From an uncultured Oscillospiraceae bacterium (GTDB lineage Bacteria; Bacillota; Clostridia; Oscillospirales; Oscillospiraceae): a DNA stretch of 64,000 bases. Made by a program: the position numbers and the translations under genes. Shown here piece by piece: positions 58,424-64,000 of this stretch; within the stretch, counting starts at the first letter, position 1; each line of letters starts with the position of its first letter. Below the pieces are notes generated by a model. That model was not told where the DNA came from. It made no database searches and saw nothing but the letters and a program-made list of their open reading frames with translations. The stretch covers positions 22,507 through 86,506 of the forward strand of contig CAJTSQ010000004.1 in NCBI GenBank assembly GCA_910578735.1. The letters are read 5' to 3'.

Positions 58424-58793
58424 TCGTCTCTCCCCCTTCCAGAGCCCGGACGCGGGCCCACAGCTCCTCCCCGCTGACCCCCAGGAACAGCAGTTCTCCC
58501 GCCGTCTGGTCGAAGGTGTGCAGCAGATCGTTTTTCCGTCCCTCGTCCACCCCTGTGTTGGGGGCGGCAAAGGAGCCCTTCCCGGGCACCGAGTAGACAT
58601 ACCCCTCCGCCTCCAGGGCCTCGTAGGCCCGTTGGATGGTGTTGGGGTTGATGGCCAGCGTCCCCGCCATGGTGCGCACCGAGGGCAGCTTCTCCCCCTC
58701 CTGAATCACCCCCGTCACCATCAGCCGGCGCAGGCCGTCCTTCACCTGCTCGTAGATAGGTCGAGCATCCCGGTAGTCTAAGTTCAACATCAC
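58416..58793 (-). CDS. GntR-family (YtrA subfamily) transcriptional regulator
   Basis: 125 aa with PIYEQVKDGLRRLMVTGVIQEGEKLPSVRTMAGTLAINPNTIQRAY. Confidence 0.9.
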   Translation of the reverse strand: MMLNLDYRDARPIYEQVKDGLRRLMVTGVIQEGEKLPSVRTMAGTLAINPNTIQRAYEALEAEGYVYSVPGKGSFAAPNTGVDEGRKNDLLHTFDQTAGELLFLGVSGEELWARVRALEGGETND

Positions 58794-58812
58794 AGCTCCT
58801 CCTTTCCGGATA

Positions 58813-58835
58813 CTGTACTAGGCGTATTAGTACAG
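58813..58835. promoter_or_regulatory. inverted repeat, candidate YtrA-type operator
   Basis: CTGTACTA-7 nt-TAGTACAG lies 20 nt upstream of the GntR start codon. Confidence 0.45.
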
Positions 58836-58915
58836 ACAGTATATCGCGGGGGTGGGGGAAATACAATTAAGGTTTTATTAAGATTTTTATATTTTTGCGG
58901 AGAGGGATAAAAAGG

Positions 58916-58944
58916 TTTACAAAGTGTTGTTTAGGAGCTATAAT
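58916..58944 (+). promoter_or_regulatory. putative promoter of the dcd-like gene
   Basis: TTTACA (58916-58921), 17 nt, TATAAT (58939-58944). Confidence 0.45.
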
Positions 58945-58973
58945 GATTCTATTATCATCAGGGAGGGGAGTGC

Positions 58974-59491
58974 ATGGTACTTACAGATCGTGAAATTACA
59001 GCGCGGGCGGCCAATGGGCTGCTGGAAGAATACGATCCGGACTGCATCACGAATATTGGCTATGATCTCCGGGCAGACCATTTTGTGTCTGAGGGTAAGA
59101 AGCATGCGCACATGAAATTAAGACACGTTCCGACGAGATGGACTATTCCGGCCTGGGAAAATACACGGATATTTATCAGGACGAGATCGAGCAGATTGAG
59201 AAGAAGACAGAGAATCTCAAAGACATGGAGAGAACAATTTATGCCAATGTTCTGGTTATTTTAACTGTCTTCGTGGCGCTGTTCAGCTTTATTACCACAA
59301 ATTTGTCGCTGTTGTCTTCCAGCGCGGATACTGCGCAGTTTCTGATTTACAATTTTGTGATGTTGGGCTGTATCAGCTTTCTTGTGGCTCTGCTTAACGG
59401 GGTTGTCAGCTTTGCGAAAAGTCATTGGATACCATGGATTGCCTCTATTGTGTCTTTTCTCATAGCGATTGTGTTATTTTTTATGAAATAA
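58974..59491 (+). pseudogene. disrupted gene with a dCTP-deaminase-like N-terminus (frame 1) and a 3-TM C-terminal part (frame -1)
   Basis: A strong GGGAGGGGAG SD precedes the gene. MVLTDREITARAANGLLEEYDPDCITNIGYDLRADHF resembles the Dcd N-terminus (M.L.DRDI...G.L.I.P......S.DLRLG..F). Frame 1 then degenerates and stops at 59264. ORF 59138..59491 is open from 59099, has no SD, and encodes three TM helices. Confidence 0.45.
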
Positions 59492-59551
59492 TTTTACGGC
59501 AATTGCCCTGGCTGTGCGCCGGGGCAATTGTCTCAATAAGGAGGGCATGTT

Positions 59552-60361
59552 ATGTATCAAACCATCGGCTTCATCGGCACCGGCAATATGGGGTCCGCCG
59601 TGGCCCGGGCGGCGGCGGAGAGCGGGCTGGCCCAGGCCATTCTGCTGGCCAACCGCACCTTCACCAAGGCGTCCTCCCTGGCAGAGGAGCTGCCCGGGGC
59701 CGTCCTGTCCAGCAATGAGGAGATTGCCCGCACCGCCCAGCTTATCTTCCTGGGAGTGAAGCCCCAGATGATGGAGCTGGTGCTGGATTCCCTGGGGACG
59801 ATCTTTCGCAAGAGGGAGGACCGGTTTGTTCTGGTCACCATGGCCGCAGGGCTGTCCTGCCGCCGCATTCAGGATATGCTGGACATGGAATGTCCCGTCA
59901 TCCGCATGATGCCCAACACCCCCGCCGCCATCGGGGCCGGAGTGGTGCAGTACTGCGGCCAGGGGGTGACCATGGACGAGCTGGACAGCTTCGCCGCCCT
60001 GATTGCCCCCGCCGGCCTGGTAGACCCGGTGAGCGAGGGACTCATCGACGCGGCCAGTGCGGTGTCCGGCTGCGGCCCTGCCTTCGCCTATCTATTTATG
60101 GAGGCTCTGGCTGACGGCGGGGTGGCCTGCGGCCTGCCCCGAGACAAGGCCATGGCCTATGCCGCCCAGATGCTGGCCGGCTCCGCCCGGATGGTGCTGG
60201 AGAGCGGCAAACACCCCGGCGCGCTGAAGGACGCAGTCTGCTCCCCCGGCGGCACCACCATTCAGGGGGTCCGCACCCTGGAGGAGCGGGGCTTCCGGGC
60301 TGCCGCCATGGATGCGGTGATTGCTGCCTATGAGAAGACAGTGAGTTTGAGCAAAAAGTAG
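59552..60361 (+). CDS. proC: pyrroline-5-carboxylate reductase
   Basis: 269 aa with IGFIGTGNMGSA and a C-terminal P5CR dimerisation domain (SPGGTT). Confidence 0.93.
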   Translation: MYQTIGFIGTGNMGSAVARAAAESGLAQAILLANRTFTKASSLAEELPGAVLSSNEEIARTAQLIFLGVKPQMMELVLDSLGTIFRKREDRFVLVTMAAGLSCRRIQDMLDMECPVIRMMPNTPAAIGAGVVQYCGQGVTMDELDSFAALIAPAGLVDPVSEGLIDAASAVSGCGPAFAYLFMEALADGGVACGLPRDKAMAYAAQMLAGSARMVLESGKHPGALKDAVCSPGGTTIQGVRTLEERGFRAAAMDAVIAAYEKTVSLSKK

Positions 60362-60406
60362 GGACGCTTCCCTCCAGAGGGCGGACGCATCGTGATGCGT
60401 CCCTAC
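60358..60406 (+). repeat. GTAG/CTAC-capped palindromic doublet, copy E (left hairpin decayed)
   Basis: It reads GTAGGGACGCTTCcctccagagggcGGACGCATCGTGATGCGTCCCTAC. The GTAG contains the proC TAG stop. Confidence 0.75.
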
Positions 60407-60426
60407 AGCAAGAAACGCAGTAAGGA

Positions 60427-61218
60427 GTGAAAATTATGCGTATCGTAGTCAAAGTAGGCACCTCCACCCTGGCCCACGCCACCGGGCGGCTGAACATCCG
60501 CCATGTGGAGGGGCTGGTGAAGGTGCTGTCCGACCTGAAAAACGCGGGGCATGAGCTGATTCTGGTGTCCTCGGGGGCCATCGGTATGGGGGTGGGCAAG
60601 CTGAACCTGCCCGGCCGGCCCGCCGACATGCCCACCAAGCAGGCCGCCGCCGCTGTGGGCCAGTGTGAGCTGATGTACACCTACGACAAGCTGTTCTCCC
60701 AGTATAACCACACTGTGGCCCAGATTCTGCTTACCGGCGAGGATGTGGAGCATACCGGCCGGCGTCGGAATTTTGAGAACACCATGGCCCGACTGCTGGA
60801 GCTGGGGGCCCTGCCTGTCATCAACGAGAATGACGCCGTCTCCACCGACGAGATCGGCGTGGTATCTACCATCGGGGAGAACGACACCCTGTCTGCCATT
60901 GTGGCCCAGCTGGTGGAGGCCGACCTGCTGGTCCTCCTCAGCGACATCGAGGGGCTGTACACCGCCGACCCCCGAAAGGACCCCGCCGCCAAGCTGATCC
61001 CCACCGTGGAGGCGGTGACACCGGAGATCGAGGCCCTGGCCGGAGGCAAGGGCAGCGCGCTGGGGAGCGGCGGCATGGCCACCAAGCTGAAGGCCGCCAA
61101 GCTGGTCAACGCCCTGGGCTGCGACATGGTGATCGCCAACGGGGAACACCCGGAGCGGCTGTATGATATCGTGGAGGGCAGAGCGGTGGGCACCCGTTTT
61201 CTGGGGGTGAGGAAATGA
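60427..61218 (+). CDS. proB: glutamate 5-kinase (short form, no PUA domain)
   Basis: 263 aa with RIVVKVGTSTL, VSSGAIG and NENDAV motifs. Confidence 0.93.
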   Translation: MKIMRIVVKVGTSTLAHATGRLNIRHVEGLVKVLSDLKNAGHELILVSSGAIGMGVGKLNLPGRPADMPTKQAAAAVGQCELMYTYDKLFSQYNHTVAQILLTGEDVEHTGRRRNFENTMARLLELGALPVINENDAVSTDEIGVVSTIGENDTLSAIVAQLVEADLLVLLSDIEGLYTADPRKDPAAKLIPTVEAVTPEIEALAGGKGSALGSGGMATKLKAAKLVNALGCDMVIANGEHPERLYDIVEGRAVGTRFLGVRK

Positions 61219-62045
61219 ACCGGGAACAGCTGCAGGCCCTGGCCCGGGAGACGGTGGAGATCAGCCGGGCGGGGCGCTACCAGGCAGGAGACCAGATGAA
61301 TCTCTTGGATGCCGCCCGGCCCACGGAGCTTTGGACCTCTGACCGGCTGGACCGTCTTGTCCGGGAGACGGCCCTTCCCGCAGACGGCCCCGCCGCCGCC
61401 GTTGAGGTCCGGGGAGAAGGGACGGTGGACGCCATTTTCCGCCTGTCCGGTGGGGAGACCCTGTGCCCGCGGATCGGCGTGCTCAACTTCGCCTCCGCCA
61501 AAAACCCCGGCGGCGGCTTTCTCAACGGCTCGGTGGCTCAGGAGGAGTGCCTGGCCTTCTGCTCCAACCTCTACCATACCCAGACCACCGGCCAGGGGCC
61601 CCGATACTACGAGATTAACCGGGCCAACCGCAGCCCGGTGTACACCGACACCATGCTGATTGGCGATGTGACCTTCTTCCGCACCGCCGACTATGCCCTG
61701 ACCGCAGGCGCCGTCACCTGCCCGGTAATCACCGCCCCCGCCGTCAACATGGGGATCGTGGTCCGCAACGGGGAGAGCACAGACCGGGCCAAGGAAGTGA
61801 TGAAGGGCCGGATGGAGAAGATCCTGGCCCTCTTTGCCCAATGGGGCTGTACCAGCCTGATTTTAGGGGCCTACGGCTGCGGCGTGTTCCGCAACGATCC
61901 GGAGGATGTGGCCCGGTTCTGGCAGGAGCTGCTGGAGGAGGAAGGCTGGGGCCGGCTCTTTGAGCAGGTCACCTTCTCCGTTCTGGAGCGCCCCGGCAGA
62001 GACGGCAACATCGCGCCCTTCCGCCGCCGGTTCGGTCAGCTGTAG
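61215..62045 (+). CDS. TIGR02452/DUF2263 macrodomain protein with a bacterial PARG signature
   Basis: 276 aa. Its ATG overlaps the proB stop (ATGA). VLNFASAKNPGGGFLNGSVAQEECL fits the GGG-X6-8-QEE signature. Confidence 0.8.
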   Translation: MNREQLQALARETVEISRAGRYQAGDQMNLLDAARPTELWTSDRLDRLVRETALPADGPAAAVEVRGEGTVDAIFRLSGGETLCPRIGVLNFASAKNPGGGFLNGSVAQEECLAFCSNLYHTQTTGQGPRYYEINRANRSPVYTDTMLIGDVTFFRTADYALTAGAVTCPVITAPAVNMGIVVRNGESTDRAKEVMKGRMEKILALFAQWGCTSLILGAYGCGVFRNDPEDVARFWQELLEEEGWGRLFEQVTFSVLERPGRDGNIAPFRRRFGQL

Positions 62046-62920
62046 GACAGGTTTTCCCCCAGCAGTGCGATGAACAACTCCATGGCCGGGGTGACCCAGC
62101 GGTTTTTGTGCCGGGCGCACAGGGTGGGAAAACGGACGCCGGAGATAGGGGCGGCCAGCTCGATCAGCCGCCCGTCCTTCAGCTCCTCCTGGGCGGCGAA
62201 CCGGGGCAGATAGGTGAAGCCAAGGTTGGACATAACGCACCGCTTGATGGTCTCAATGCTCCACAGCTCCAGAGTGGCGTCCAGGGTGATGTCCCGCGCC
62301 CGGAGGTAGGCCTCCAGGCGGCGGCGGAAGATACTGTCCGGCTCGTCAGTGACCAGAGACACCGGCTTGCGCTGGCCGCGGGTGACAAAGTCCGGGTGGC
62401 AGAACTCCGGCGAGGCCAGCAGAATCACCTCATACTCCCCCATAGGCTCCACCTCCAGCATGTCCCGGCTCCAGTCCATGTCGTAGCCCACACCCAGGTC
62501 GCAGGCCCCGGAGCGGACGTTTTCCGCGATGTCCAGGCAGTTGCGGCTGCGGATAATCAAGCGCACCTGAGGGGCCAGCTTTCGGAATTTCTGGATGACC
62601 GGCTGGGTCTTGTAGCACAGCAGAGTTTCCGCCATGTCCACCCGCAGGGTGCCCGAGGGCGCCTGCCTCTCCTGTCCCAGCCGGGACAGCCGGTCCGCCG
62701 CCAGCAGCAGCTCCCGAGCCTGGATCAGGGCCTGCCGGCCCACCTGGGTAAGGGCCATCCCCCGGCCCACCCGCTCAAACAGAGGGATGCCCAGCTCCTC
62801 CTCCAGCTGCTGGATGTGGACGGTGACGGTGGACTGGGTGTAGCCCAGGCAGTCCGCCGCCTTTTGGTAACTGCCCTGGTCGGCCACGGCCTGGAGGGTG
62901 CGAAGGTTTTTTAATTCCAT
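62036..62920 (-). CDS. LysR-family transcriptional regulator
   Basis: The ATG at 62920 has a GGAGGC SD. The HTH reads MELKNLRTLQAVADQGSYQKAADCLGYTQSTVTVHIQQLE. It is divergent from the LysE gene. Confidence 0.9.
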   Translation of the reverse strand: MELKNLRTLQAVADQGSYQKAADCLGYTQSTVTVHIQQLEEELGIPLFERVGRGMALTQVGRQALIQARELLLAADRLSRLGQERQAPSGTLRVDMAETLLCYKTQPVIQKFRKLAPQVRLIIRSRNCLDIAENVRSGACDLGVGYDMDWSRDMLEVEPMGEYEVILLASPEFCHPDFVTRGQRKPVSLVTDEPDSIFRRRLEAYLRARDITLDATLELWSIETIKRCVMSNLGFTYLPRFAAQEELKDGRLIELAAPISGVRFPTLCARHKNRWVTPAMELFIALLGENLSYS

Positions 62921-63036
62921 GGGGGATGCCTCCAAACACATTGATTTTATCAATAGTATACTTTAAAAACATTCGCTTTTCAAATGATATTTTTTCTGCT
63001 AGGATAGAGCCACCACAGGAAAGGACGGTGGCTGCT

Positions 63037-63630
63037 ATGCCGGTCTCATTGATTCCCAGCTTTTTGATCTACTGTTATGTGGGAGCTATCACCCCTGGCC
63101 CCGCCAATCTCTGTTCTTTGAGCGCCGCTCTGCGGTATGGAAAGGGCCCCGCCCTGCGGCAGTGGCGGGGGCTGTTCTGCGGATTTTTTCTGGACGCCAT
63201 GGGGGCGGTGGTCCTCACCTGGCTGCTGGGGGCGGCGCTGAACCAATATGTGGGGATGCTCTCCTGGGTGGGGGCGGCCTATCTGCTGTGGATGGCCTGG
63301 CATATGCTGCGCTCCAGCGGCGTGGACCCGGACCGTGACCCGGCGGCCCCCTCCTTCCGCAACGGCGTGCTGGTCCAGCTGACCAACGTGAAGGTGATCC
63401 TGTTCTGTATCACCGCCCTGAGCGGCTATGTGCTGCCCTATAACAGCTCCCTCTGGGCGCTGCTGCCAGTGGGACTGTTCCTCCCCCTCACCGGGCCGGT
63501 GTGCAACCTGGTGTGGCTCTTCGCCGGGGCGTCTCTGCAAAAGCTCTTTGCCAACCACCGCCGGACGGTGGACATTGTAATGGCCCTATCACTGGTGCTC
63601 TGTGCGGCCAGCCTGGTGTGGCCACACTGA
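63037..63630 (+). CDS. LysE/RhtB-family amino-acid exporter
   Basis: ATG 63037 lies inside ORF 62926..63630. It has the N-terminal ITPGPANL motif and about 6 TM helices. Confidence 0.85.
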   Translation: MPVSLIPSFLIYCYVGAITPGPANLCSLSAALRYGKGPALRQWRGLFCGFFLDAMGAVVLTWLLGAALNQYVGMLSWVGAAYLLWMAWHMLRSSGVDPDRDPAAPSFRNGVLVQLTNVKVILFCITALSGYVLPYNSSLWALLPVGLFLPLTGPVCNLVWLFAGASLQKLFANHRRTVDIVMALSLVLCAASLVWPH

Positions 63631-63647
63631 AAAACGAGGTGTAATCT

Positions 63648-64000
63648 ATGACAACACAGGAACTGCTGCAAAAGGCAAAAGCCGCCAGGCGGGACATTTC
63701 CGCGGCGGACACACAGACCAAAAATAGGGCCCTGCTGGCCATGGCGGGCGCCCTGGAGCGCCGCGGCCAGGAGATCCTGTCGGCCAACACCCTGGACCTG
63801 GAGGCGGCCCGGGGGACCATCAGCGATGTAATGCTGGACCGGCTGGCCCTCAGCTCCGACCGAATTGCCGGCATGGCTGCCGGCCTGCGGGAGGTGGCAG
63901 AGCTGCCCGACCCGGTGGGAGCGGTCCTCAGCCGGGTGGAGCGGCCCAACGGACTGATCATTGAAAAGACCGCTGTGCCTATGGGCGTGATTGCCATTAT
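63648..64000 (+). CDS. proA: glutamate-5-semialdehyde dehydrogenase (N-terminal part; runs off the right edge)
   Basis: It is absent from the ORF track because it is edge-truncated. It has a GAGGTG SD. Manual translation gives MTTQELLQKAKAARRDISAADTQTKNRALLAMAGALERRGQEILSANTLDLEAAR...VERPNGLIIEKTAVPMGVIAI. Confidence 0.9.
   Translation, partial: MTTQELLQKAKAARRDISAADTQTKNRALLAMAGALERRGQEILSANTLDLEAARGTISDVMLDRLALSSDRIAGMAAGLREVAELPDPVGAVLSRVERPNGLIIEKTAVPMGVIAI

Noticed and set aside
59099-59264. Programmed -1 ribosomal frameshift joining the two halves of the dcd-like/TM gene
   Set aside because: No canonical X_XXY_YYZ slippery heptamer lies in the zero frame. The GGGAAAA at about 59154 is out of register. 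No obvious downstream pseudoknot was seen. Decay or an indel is the simpler reading, though it cannot be excluded without data.

Overview
High-GC Firmicute (Clostridia; Oscillospiraceae/Flavonifractor-like by protein style, which is inference) chromosomal replication-origin region. The core is the canonical block gyrA-gyrB-remB-recF-yaaA-dnaN-dnaA on the minus strand, diverging from rpmH-rnpA-yidD-yidC-jag on the plus strand. A dense DnaA-box cluster (oriC) lies in the dnaA-dnaN spacer, and three parS sites are present. To the left are an M23 peptidase (edge-truncated), typA, rubrerythrin, an ECF sigma/anti-sigma pair, an LTA-synthase-like gene, and a Gly T-box controlling orf127-glyQS. To the right are a yaaO-like decarboxylase, holB, ricT and an AEC transporter. 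These are followed by a 12-kb minus-strand block: aspS, hisS, mgsA, a minD-like gene, rsmG, mscL, serS, spo0J, soj and noc. Next come xpt with a BMP-type nucleoside ABC transporter, tadA, a thiolase, a YtrA-type GntR/ABC operon, and a split proline cluster (proC, proB, PARG-like, LysR, LysE, proA). No rRNA, tRNA, CRISPR, intact transposase or integrase was seen. Many long ORFs in the track are antisense shadows typical of high-GC DNA and are rejected. The points most worth a second look are listed here. (1) There are two families of structured intergenic palindromic repeats, one with REP/REPIN-like GTAG...CTAC caps. (2) Two unknown genes are tightly embedded between gyrB and gyrA. (3) Small AT-rich islets carry XRE/RHH-like pairs. 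(4) A frameshifted gene pairs a dCTP-deaminase-like N-terminus with a 3-TM segment. (5) A PARG-signature macrodomain gene is translationally coupled to proB. All coordinates of sub-ORF starts were derived by counting from ORF-track anchors. Homology calls come from motif recognition by eye, not from searches.
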